NCBI GenBank assembly: GCA_002314725.1 | Contig: DCGV01000093.1 | Location: 5,144-64,351, forward strand | Reading direction: 5' to 3' | Length of the DNA stretch: 59,208 nucleotides | DNA from: Bacteroidales bacterium UBA1769 | Lineage (GTDB): Bacteria; Bacteroidota; Bacteroidia; Bacteroidales; UBA932 | Shown: positions 20,520 to 28,777 of the stretch, piece after piece | Numbering within the stretch: the stretch's first letter is position 1 | Layout: every line of letters starts with the position of its first letter | Translations under genes and position numbers: made by a program | The notes under the pieces: generated by a model | Seen by the model: the letters and a program-made list of their open reading frames with translations, nothing else | Told to the model about the DNA's origin: nothing | The model's database searches: none

Positions 20520-21071
20520 TCAGCCAGTAATATATTTCTCAGGGTGTTTCGCCCCAATATGCATATTTTCATATATCAGTTGTATTGATGCAATATCAGC
20601 TTTTGCATCATCAGTAATATCAAATTTCTCTCCTCTGCTAACCTCTTTCTTCGACCAATCGAAATAGCCAAGATAGACAGGGATATTTGCCTCTTTTGCA
20701 ATTAAATGGAACCCTGTTTTCCATCTTTTCATAGGCTTTCTAGTCCCCTCGGGGGAGAGACAAAGGTGAAAGGTATCACACTTGTTCATCTCGTGTATAA
20801 TACTGACCATCAGCGCAGTAGGATTCTTTCTATCAACAGGTATTGCACCCAATTTACGAAGAATGGGTCCCATCGGCCAAAAAAAGAACTCTTTTTTAAC
20901 CATTATTCGACCTTTCCCACCAATAGATGTATAATACAGATATGAAATAGGAAAATCCCAAATCGACGTATGTGGTGCGCCAAGAATGATACACTTCTTT
21001 TCCGGAACAACTTCACCAACACCTTTCCATCCGAAAATTTTAAGTATAAAAGCGCAGATTTTTCTCCACAT
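20520..21071 (-). CDS. 1-acyl-sn-glycerol-3-phosphate acyltransferase family (PlsC-like)
   Basis: HX4D motif HTSIWD and PEGTR motif. The start at ATG 21071 (MWRK...) is preferred because the minus-strand -7 box at 21114-21121 lies downstream of the longer ORF start at 21116. Confidence 0.7.
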   Translation of the reverse strand: MWRKICAFILKIFGWKGVGEVVPEKKCIILGAPHTSIWDFPISYLYYTSIGGKGRIMVKKEFFFWPMGPILRKLGAIPVDRKNPTALMVSIIHEMNKCDTFHLCLSPEGTRKPMKRWKTGFHLIAKEANIPVYLGYFDWSKKEVSRGEKFDITDDAKADIASIQLIYENMHIGAKHPEKYITG

Positions 21072-21113
21072 AGATTTGTTGAAACTATAACATTGTAAAG
21101 ATAACAATAAAAT

Positions 21114-21133
21114 CAAAAATAGTATTAACTTTG
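21114..21133. promoter_or_regulatory. back-to-back divergent -7 boxes
   Basis: CAAAAATA on the plus strand (TATTTTTG on the minus strand) at 21114-21121 serves the plsC-like operon. TAACTTTG at 21126-21133 serves the DUF362 gene. Both are exact TAnnTTTG matches in a 77-bp divergent intergenic region. Confidence 0.45.
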
Positions 21134-21193
21134 ATACGATAAGGCAACCCTTTTCAATAACTAATTACCTAGATAATAATAAATCAAATAGAT

Positions 21194-22318
21194 ATGAAAT
21201 CAAAAGTTTACTTCACCTCATTTAGGACCAATCCGGAGTTGAACCAGATCCAAAAATTGGAGAAATTGGTAAAAGCAGCAGGCATTGAAACCATCGACTT
21301 CAAGGACAAATTCACTGCGATTAAAATGCATTGTGGGGAACCTGGCAACATGGCCTATCTACGTCCAAATTACTCAGCGACTATCGTAAAGATTATAAAA
21401 GAACTTGGTGGAAAACCATTCCTTACAGATAGCAATACTTTATACACTGGTAAACGTAACAATGCCATTGAGCATATGGATAGTGCAATGGGTAACGGAT
21501 ACTCTCCATTAAGCATTGGCACACAATTTATTGTAGCCGACGGCTTGAAGGGACTTGACTATATTGAAATACCTGTTGACGGACAATATTGTCCTGCTCC
21601 TAAAATCGGATCAGCTATTGCTGAAGCAGATGCCATTGTATCCATTTCACACGTAAAAGGGCATGAAATGTCCGGTTTCGGTGGGGCGCTGAAGAATCTA
21701 GGTATGGGTAGCGGAAGTGTCGCTGGTAAAAAAGAGATGCACTGCAGCTCCAAGCCATACATCAATCAAGACAATTGTCGCAGTTGTGGAATGTGTGCCA
21801 AGAATTGTTCTCAACATGCAATCATCTTCACACCTGGTCATAAGGCTTTCATTAATAAAGAGATCTGCATCGGATGTGGCCAATGCGTTGCAACTTGTCA
21901 ATTTGAAGCAGCTGTTGCTGATCGTGACGAACAATTGAACATTCTAAACTGCAAAATAGCTGAATACGCAAAGGCTGTTGTAAAAGACAAACCTAATTTC
22001 CACATAGCTATTATAATGGACGTATCTCCTGAGTGTGACTGCTGGTGTTATAATGATGTTCCAGTAATACCAAATATAGGAATGGCAGCCTCATTCGATC
22101 CAGTAGCATTGGATTGTGCATGTTGTGACCTTGTCAACAACACTCCAATCTTAACTAACAGTAATACAGTTACAGATCGTTATGTAAAAGAGACTTGTGT
22201 ATGCGATAAAGATCACTGGAAACTCATCCACCCTGACACTAATTGGCAAGCCGGTGTCGAGCATGGCGAAAAAATAGGTCTTGGTACGAGAGAATATGAA
22301 TTGATTACTATTGAGTAA
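21194..22318 (+). CDS. DUF362 domain protein with 4Fe-4S dicluster ferredoxin insert
   Basis: Two CxxCxxCxxxC motifs, CRSCGMCAKNC and CIGCGQCVATC, sit within a DUF362-like scaffold. Confidence 0.75.
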   Translation: MKSKVYFTSFRTNPELNQIQKLEKLVKAAGIETIDFKDKFTAIKMHCGEPGNMAYLRPNYSATIVKIIKELGGKPFLTDSNTLYTGKRNNAIEHMDSAMGNGYSPLSIGTQFIVADGLKGLDYIEIPVDGQYCPAPKIGSAIAEADAIVSISHVKGHEMSGFGGALKNLGMGSGSVAGKKEMHCSSKPYINQDNCRSCGMCAKNCSQHAIIFTPGHKAFINKEICIGCGQCVATCQFEAAVADRDEQLNILNCKIAEYAKAVVKDKPNFHIAIIMDVSPECDCWCYNDVPVIPNIGMAASFDPVALDCACCDLVNNTPILTNSNTVTDRYVKETCVCDKDHWKLIHPDTNWQAGVEHGEKIGLGTREYELITIE

Positions 22319-22375
22319 TCATTTTGGAACAATTTTTGAAAAGATTTCCACGTTTAAAAATTAAAATAAATACTG

Positions 22376-23140
22376 ATGAAAAAAAGTTATTCACTTCTAT
22401 TTGCTGTTGTTCTATTTTTAAGTTGTTCATGTGTGAAAGTTTCTATGGATCAACAGATTGGCAATATCTATAACTATATCGAAAAAGATAGCGACCTAAA
22501 GGATCTGTTTGATAAAGCGCCAACTATTGCCGATGATGAAATAGTGGAATATTACAGCTACATCCTGTCAAAGAAGATCAAAATCGAAGATATGTGGACA
22601 CAGGATTTCTCAATCGAAGATACCCTTACCGGTCCTAAGGATTGCCAGAATTTGATTGCAGAAATACCTGGAAAAAACAAGAAAAATCAAGCTATCATAA
22701 TTTCGGCTCCCCTTAGCGACCCTACTGCATGTGTATCTGCAATAGAGATTATGAAGACTTTGAAAAAGGCAAAAGTCCGCAGAAACAACTCTATTCGACT
22801 TCTCCTTTTCGATGGTCAAGAGGGCTGCCATACATACCGCGACATTTCAAGATCAAGAAATGAAGCAAATCTTCTGAATTTAGAGCTTGCCAACATGGCA
22901 AATCCTTACCAAAAATTCTCAGTATTTGAGCGTCAGGACATTTTCGATTCCATATCAGAGATCGTCCCCCAATATCTCGATAAATATTATAAATGTACTG
23001 TCGAATATGACGATTCCGACCGTGCTTATGTAATCAATCCTCACTATCAATTTGTTACAGACGATAATGACAACAAGTCATTTGCTACTTTCCAAGCAAA
23101 TACATCTCTTGCAGCCGCTCTAGTTTGTATCTTGAACTAG
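22376..23140 (+). CDS. hypothetical lipoprotein (possibly a degenerate M28-peptidase-like fold)
   Basis: Lipoprotein signal ...VLFLSCSC. A central segment, NLIAEIPGKNKKNQAIIISAPLSD...IRLLLFDGQEG, resembles M28 motifs but with the metal ligands replaced. Confidence 0.5.
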   Translation: MKKSYSLLFAVVLFLSCSCVKVSMDQQIGNIYNYIEKDSDLKDLFDKAPTIADDEIVEYYSYILSKKIKIEDMWTQDFSIEDTLTGPKDCQNLIAEIPGKNKKNQAIIISAPLSDPTACVSAIEIMKTLKKAKVRRNNSIRLLLFDGQEGCHTYRDISRSRNEANLLNLELANMANPYQKFSVFERQDIFDSISEIVPQYLDKYYKCTVEYDDSDRAYVINPHYQFVTDDNDNKSFATFQANTSLAAALVCILN

Positions 23141-23172
23141 TATTTAAATTACAACAAATATATTCATCAACT

Positions 23173-24378
23173 ATGAAACGATTTTTGACTTTATTATCTC
23201 TTGTTGCAATTTGCTCAATTGCTTATGCGCAACAAAACATCTTCGCAGGAAGGACTCAGATTGTCTCTCCTCAAATAAATCCGGACAACACAGTTACTTT
23301 CCGTTACCGTGCGCCAAAAGCTCGTACCGTTCAAGTGACCGGTGACTTCCTACCAACACAAAAGACTCAAACAGCACGTGGCGTATCAGAATCAGCAGGA
23401 GTTGCCAATCTCGTTCAGAATGAGGACGGAATTTGGGAATTCACTTCAGAGCCATTGGCAAGTGAACTTTACACATATACATTCATTATCGATGGTATGA
23501 CCGGTTTGATTGACCCTAACAATGCATATGTCCAGAGAGATGTACAGAATCAATTCCCATACTTCATTGTTCCAGGCGGTCAGGGAGATTACTATTTGAA
23601 CCAGAATGTCCCTCACGGCACACTATCTAAAGTTTGGTATCACAGCAACATGCTGAATATGGACAAACGCATCTCTGTTTACACTCCAGCTGAATACAAC
23701 AATCCAAAGAATAAAAACAAGAGATATCCTGTTCTTTACCTGCTTCATGGAATGGGTGGCGATGAAGAGTCATGGCTTTCAACTGGCCGTGCTGTTCAAA
23801 TCATTGACAATTTGGTAGCTCAAGGTAAAGCTGAACCTATGATTGTTGTCATCCCTAACGGCAATACCATGCACCAAAGTGCTCCAGGTGAGAGTGGCGA
23901 AGGAATGTATCAGCCATACAGCGCACACTCTATGGACGGCACATACGAACCTACATTCGGTGAAATCATAAAATTCATTGACAGCCAATACCGCACAATC
24001 GCCAAGAAGAGCAGTCGTGCTATTGCAGGTCTTTCAATGGGTGGTTTCCACTCATGCTACATATCAATGAACTACCCTACTTCATTTGACTATGTAGGTC
24101 TATTCTCTTCAGCATTTACCAATGCAGACCAATGCGGTGCAGATGCATATAACAATAAGATTGAGAAACTGACAGCACAGTTCAATGCTAAACCAAAACT
24201 ATATTTCATCGCAATTGGTAAAACAGATTTTCTATACACTGCCAACCAAAACTATCTGAAACAACTTGATGAAAATGGTTTCGCAGGCAAATACGAATAC
24301 TTCGAGAGTGAAGGTGGCCACATCTGGCGTAACTGGAGATTGTATTTGACAATGTTTGCACAAAGGCTTTTCAAATAA
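23173..24378 (+). CDS. secreted esterase (esterase D / CE1-like) with N-terminal E-set/CBM48-like domain
   Basis: Signal peptide MKRFLTLLSLVAICSIAYAQ. Motifs LLHGMGGDEESW and nucleophile elbow GLSMGG. ORF track start 23125; ATG 23173 is preferred. Confidence 0.8.
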   Translation: MKRFLTLLSLVAICSIAYAQQNIFAGRTQIVSPQINPDNTVTFRYRAPKARTVQVTGDFLPTQKTQTARGVSESAGVANLVQNEDGIWEFTSEPLASELYTYTFIIDGMTGLIDPNNAYVQRDVQNQFPYFIVPGGQGDYYLNQNVPHGTLSKVWYHSNMLNMDKRISVYTPAEYNNPKNKNKRYPVLYLLHGMGGDEESWLSTGRAVQIIDNLVAQGKAEPMIVVIPNGNTMHQSAPGESGEGMYQPYSAHSMDGTYEPTFGEIIKFIDSQYRTIAKKSSRAIAGLSMGGFHSCYISMNYPTSFDYVGLFSSAFTNADQCGADAYNNKIEKLTAQFNAKPKLYFIAIGKTDFLYTANQNYLKQLDENGFAGKYEYFESEGGHIWRNWRLYLTMFAQRLFK

Positions 24379-24400
24379 AGCATTTACCATAAACAATCCT

Positions 24401-24462
24401 AAATAATACAGCCAATAAAGACGCTTAACCTAACCCTTGCGTCTTTATTGGCTGTATTATTT
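24401..24462. terminator. 24-bp perfect hairpin (family B, copy 1), bidirectional terminator between convergent genes
   Basis: Arm aaataatacagccaataaagacgc (24401-24424) pairs perfectly with 24439-24462. The loop is ttaacctaaccctt. Confidence 0.75.
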
Positions 24463-24480
24463 ATGATTTGAAGTATAAAA

Positions 24481-26661
24481 TTAGAATGGTAGCCCTATAC
24501 CAAAATGGAATGCAAAGCCATCACTGTCAAACCATTGCTTCAGAGATCTCCACGACGCTGAGACAGGATCATAACTCTTGATACCCAAATCCAGACGAAC
24601 AAGAATCATATCAAAATCAAGGCGTAATCCACATCCATGACTCATAGCGCAAGTTTGGAGCATATTCTCAAATGAGAAGTAACATCCTTTGGAATCTTCA
24701 GGAATATCCTTGCCATCAAAGTTCAGATTCCATACATTTCCTGCATCGACAAACAACGCTCCGTTCAACTTCCAGAAAAGAGGGAATCTGAGTTCAACAT
24801 TTGCCTCCAAGTGCATATCACCAGTCTGGTTTGCAATAGAAAAAGAGTGATCCAACGGAGCATTTCCAGGACCTACAGACCTCGTCTGCCACCCTCGCAA
24901 ACTGCTTACACCACCTGCGTAGAATAATTTCTCAAAAGGCAAAGCCGATGAATTCCCATATGCCAATCCAGCTCCAGCTAACAGACGTGTCGCTATGGCA
25001 ATATTATTATGGTGGCCAAAGAACAAAGTTCTACCTACAGTGACTTGTGCTCTTGCAAATTGAGAGTATGGGATACCCCATATAGTTCTTTGACCAGATT
25101 CGGATTGAGCGAAAGCATCATTGAACAAGCTTAACATATTACCTGATATATCACCCTCAAATCTGGAATAGAAGTATGATTTCTTCGGATTTGCAGATGG
25201 ATCGGTTGTATAAAGCATATTGAAGCTTGCGCCTATATCGAAGTGATTGGTATATGCATTATAGAAATATGGATCGTTGAATTTTGTGTAAAAATCATCA
25301 CTCAAGTTAAAAATACGGACTATATTTACCTGAAGAGGATATAGATTATAATAGTATTTCTTCTTATAATTCCAGCTGTAACCCATTGAAGTAGAGATGA
25401 TATCACGAGTATATTCCGGTCTCATTTGATAATTGAATCCTAATGATACATCTGTGCGTGGAACATTCTGATCAAATAGAGTATTAGGTAGCAGTATGAA
25501 TTTAGGGAATGACAGTGACGAGGATACAGCGAACTCGTTAGAACGGGTATTATCCTTCAACTTAAATTGGAAGTTACCACGGAAACTTAAAGAAAGTTGT
25601 TCCCCTCCTCCAAATATATTTTTGTGATTATAAGATAACGAAGGAGCAACGCCGAACAGCCCTGTCGAATTTGCCGAACCTTCAAGATTCATCTTGATAC
25701 TCTGCAATTTAGATGGAGAAAGAATTATTTTACAATCGACCTGTGATGAATCAACTTCATCTAGTTGGATATTTACAGTACTGAACAGACGTACACTCGA
25801 AAACCTTTCGTATGTATTATTAATATCATCTTCACTATATTTCGCCCCCGGTTCAATTCTGTTAAGTGCAGTAAGGAAAGATGGCCTTACTTTCAAACCT
25901 TTTTGTGGAAGTATCTGAACGTCACGGATTGTATACTGACGGTGAGGCCTTGCTGCTTCTGGAGTTTCATTGGTAGTATAATCCTCCAATTTAACTATAA
26001 TATTAGCTTTATCTGGTACAGTAGTGGAATCGGCGTAATAGAAGAAGTAGTTCTTCGTAAACCCGTAATAGCCATTGTTACGGAAAATTTTCGCAACCCT
26101 TTCCGATTCATTTTCAAGTAGTTCCTGTGTGAGATAATCACCTGGCTTAATAATACTTTCGCCAATGTTTTGAAGCATAAGCGCAGCAAGTAGTGAATCC
26201 TTTATATCAAAATTGATTTCATTTATACGATAGCGTTTACCAAGATTCACTTGATAGTCGACCTTTGCTTTCTGCTTCTTCTTTATGATTGATGAAGATA
26301 TGTCTGAACCATAATAACCTTGATATTCAAGATGCGAGAGCATCCCTGAAATACTGCTGTCAACCAATGTAGAGTCAAATACAACAGGCGCTGTGCCCAA
26401 CTTTTCTACAAATCTATCCCATTTTGTATCATTGCCATCACTCCAGTTATAAACATATAAAAAAGGATTCCATTGTCCAATGAAATAAGTGTTAGCCTCC
26501 TGCTTGATATATGGTTGAAGGGATGATGCTTTATAGGATTTGTCGTTAAGAATGGTAACGTTGTTCTCAGATAAACGGTATTGATCACTCTGTAATACAC
26601 GTGTTGTACTACAACTTGCCAATATAATAGCCAAAATGAAATATAGAAAAACTCGCTTCAC
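24481..26661 (-). CDS. BamA/TamA-family (Omp85) outer-membrane protein with lipoprotein signal (TamL-like)
   Basis: 726 aa. Signal with lipobox ILASC. Omp85-type C-terminal barrel ends ...FHFGIGLPF. Confidence 0.8.
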   Translation of the reverse strand: MKRVFLYFILAIILASCSTTRVLQSDQYRLSENNVTILNDKSYKASSLQPYIKQEANTYFIGQWNPFLYVYNWSDGNDTKWDRFVEKLGTAPVVFDSTLVDSSISGMLSHLEYQGYYGSDISSSIIKKKQKAKVDYQVNLGKRYRINEINFDIKDSLLAALMLQNIGESIIKPGDYLTQELLENESERVAKIFRNNGYYGFTKNYFFYYADSTTVPDKANIIVKLEDYTTNETPEAARPHRQYTIRDVQILPQKGLKVRPSFLTALNRIEPGAKYSEDDINNTYERFSSVRLFSTVNIQLDEVDSSQVDCKIILSPSKLQSIKMNLEGSANSTGLFGVAPSLSYNHKNIFGGGEQLSLSFRGNFQFKLKDNTRSNEFAVSSSLSFPKFILLPNTLFDQNVPRTDVSLGFNYQMRPEYTRDIISTSMGYSWNYKKKYYYNLYPLQVNIVRIFNLSDDFYTKFNDPYFYNAYTNHFDIGASFNMLYTTDPSANPKKSYFYSRFEGDISGNMLSLFNDAFAQSESGQRTIWGIPYSQFARAQVTVGRTLFFGHHNNIAIATRLLAGAGLAYGNSSALPFEKLFYAGGVSSLRGWQTRSVGPGNAPLDHSFSIANQTGDMHLEANVELRFPLFWKLNGALFVDAGNVWNLNFDGKDIPEDSKGCYFSFENMLQTCAMSHGCGLRLDFDMILVRLDLGIKSYDPVSASWRSLKQWFDSDGFAFHFGIGLPF

Positions 26662-27383
26662 TATCTTCTTCTAAATTCTGAACAAGTTATTGCTGTTGCT
26701 ATTGCGACATTGAGAGACTCTGATGTCTCAGCTCCCAAAGGATACGGTGGAATGAACAGTCTATCGGTTATCTTGGATGCTATTGCATCTGAAATACCAT
26801 TACTTTCTGAACCCATTATTATAAGACCGGAAGAGTCCAAATCTTTGTTATAAATTGTATCACCATCAAGGAAGGTACCGTAAATTTTCATTCTCAGAGA
26901 GTTAAAACTATCTATGACAGTATCTAAATCGCAGTAAATGAATTTAATACGGAAAATTGCACCCATAGTAGCCTGGACTACTTTTGGATTAAAAATATCA
27001 ACTGTATCGTGTGATGCGAAGATAACATCAATGCCAAACCAATCAGCCAGTCTTATTATCGTACCGACATTCCCAGGATCCCTAAGTGAGTCCAAAGCCA
27101 GAGCCAATGGTTTGGTAGAGATTATTTTTTCAATGTCAGACTCTGACGGTAGAGATGGTTTTTTGATAAGTGCCAAAGATGGAGAAGGCGATGACAAGTT
27201 AGTAACTCTAGACATTGCATCCTCTCCTATCTCATCTTTACGATAGACATTCACAACTTCAAATTTGGAATGCAACGCCTCATCAACAATCTTATCACCC
27301 TCTGCCACAAATAATCCAGTCTCATCGCGAAACTTCTTCTGCGACAGAGATCGAATCAACTTTATATCGTTTTTACTTATCAT
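26661..27383 (-). CDS. TrmH/SpoU-family RNA 2'-O-methyltransferase
   Basis: SPOUT motifs DPGNVGTIIR, GSESNGIS and ESLNVAIATAI. Confidence 0.85.
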   Translation of the reverse strand: MISKNDIKLIRSLSQKKFRDETGLFVAEGDKIVDEALHSKFEVVNVYRKDEIGEDAMSRVTNLSSPSPSLALIKKPSLPSESDIEKIISTKPLALALDSLRDPGNVGTIIRLADWFGIDVIFASHDTVDIFNPKVVQATMGAIFRIKFIYCDLDTVIDSFNSLRMKIYGTFLDGDTIYNKDLDSSGLIIMGSESNGISDAIASKITDRLFIPPYPLGAETSESLNVAIATAITCSEFRRR

Positions 27384-27500
27384 TAATTCTATCCATAAAA
27401 TATTATTAATTTCATATGATAATTATATTTGTGAAGGAGACTCTCCCCTAATCCTATGTCTCCTGAGCAAATATAATTATCAGATTATTATTCTATTATT

Positions 27501-27563
27501 AAAAATAATATTTATTCGAGACGCATTTACGAAGGAAGAGCGTCTCTCACAAATATTATTTTT
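27501..27563. terminator. compound hairpin (family A, copy 1) downstream of rfbB
   Basis: Outer 13-bp stem (27501-27513 / 27551-27563), a 4x4 internal loop and an inner 7-bp stem gagacgc/gcgtctc. The 15-nt loop is atttacgaaggaaga. Confidence 0.65.
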
Positions 27564-27580
27564 AAATATGAAATCTATCA

Positions 27581-28720
27581 TTATCTATTAGCGTACATAT
27601 CTTGATAATAATGCTCGTACTCGCCGGAAGTAATCCTCTCCATCCACTGCTGATTATCAAGATACCATTTTACAGTCTTCTCAATCCCCTCTTCAAACTG
27701 AAGCGACGGAGCCCATCCGAGTTCATTCTTCAATTTCGATGAATCAATAGCATATCTTAAATCGTGTCCTGCGCGATCAGTAACGTAAGTAATTAGTGGA
27801 AGTGAGAATCCTTCCGGATTCCCAAGGATTTTATCCACTGTTTTGATAATGACCTTTATCAAATCAATATTTTTCCACTCATTGAAACCACCGATATTAT
27901 AAGTATCACCTATCTTACCATTATGGAATACGACATCAATGGCACGAGCATGATCCTCTACAAATAACCAATCTCGGATATTTTCACCTTTTCCATATAC
28001 AGGAAGAGGTTTTTGATGACGGATATTATTTATGAAAAGAGGAATAAGTTTCTCAGGGAATTGGTATGGGCCATAATTATTCGAACAATTGGTCAACACA
28101 ATCGGAAGTCCATAAGTATCGTGGAAAGCTCTGACGAAATGGTCAGATGAAGCCTTGGATGCACTGTATGGAGAGTGAGGCTGATATTTCCGATCTTCTG
28201 TGAAAAACTCTTCGCCGAAAGGACCGCCACCTGGTTCATCACCACCTTGTGAATTTGTAATTTCAAGTGCGCCATACACCTCATCAGTTGAAATATGGTA
28301 GAAAAGGCATCCTGGTCTGAAAAGACCATCATCGCATGCCCCGCACTGTGGCATTTTTCCACTCTCCAACCAATACTCCTTCGCAGCCTGAAGCAAACTC
28401 AAAGTACCTATCACATTGGTCTTTGCAAAAGTGAACGGGTCTTTTATGCTCCTATCCACATGACTCTCAGCAGCGAGATGGATGACACTATCAATATCAT
28501 ATTTTCTAAAGAGAGAACTAACTGTTTCTATATCACAGATATCGCCCTTCTCAAAGTGATAATTCGGGCAGTTCTCAATATCTTTCAGATTTTCAAGATT
28601 CCCAGCATAAGTTAATTTATCCAGATTGACAATCTGATAATCAGGGTACTTATTTACAAACAGACGGACAACATGAGATCCTATAAATCCTGCACCACCT
28701 GTAATGAGAATATTCTTCAT
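27581..28720 (-). CDS. rfbB: dTDP-glucose 4,6-dehydratase
   Basis: Motifs GGAGFIGS and YSASK (YxxxK), with the C-terminal family signature. Confidence 0.93.
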   Translation of the reverse strand: MKNILITGGAGFIGSHVVRLFVNKYPDYQIVNLDKLTYAGNLENLKDIENCPNYHFEKGDICDIETVSSLFRKYDIDSVIHLAAESHVDRSIKDPFTFAKTNVIGTLSLLQAAKEYWLESGKMPQCGACDDGLFRPGCLFYHISTDEVYGALEITNSQGGDEPGGGPFGEEFFTEDRKYQPHSPYSASKASSDHFVRAFHDTYGLPIVLTNCSNNYGPYQFPEKLIPLFINNIRHQKPLPVYGKGENIRDWLFVEDHARAIDVVFHNGKIGDTYNIGGFNEWKNIDLIKVIIKTVDKILGNPEGFSLPLITYVTDRAGHDLRYAIDSSKLKNELGWAPSLQFEEGIEKTVKWYLDNQQWMERITSGEYEHYYQDMYANR

Positions 28721-28777
28721 AACTTTTGCTAATTAGAAATAAAGCGAACAATCGCCATAACCTTCAAATTTAGCAAA

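Noticed and set aside
24425-24438. Telomere-like CCTAACCCT string in the loop of hairpin B
   Set aside because: It is a single 9-nt match with no tandem repetition, so it is a coincidence.
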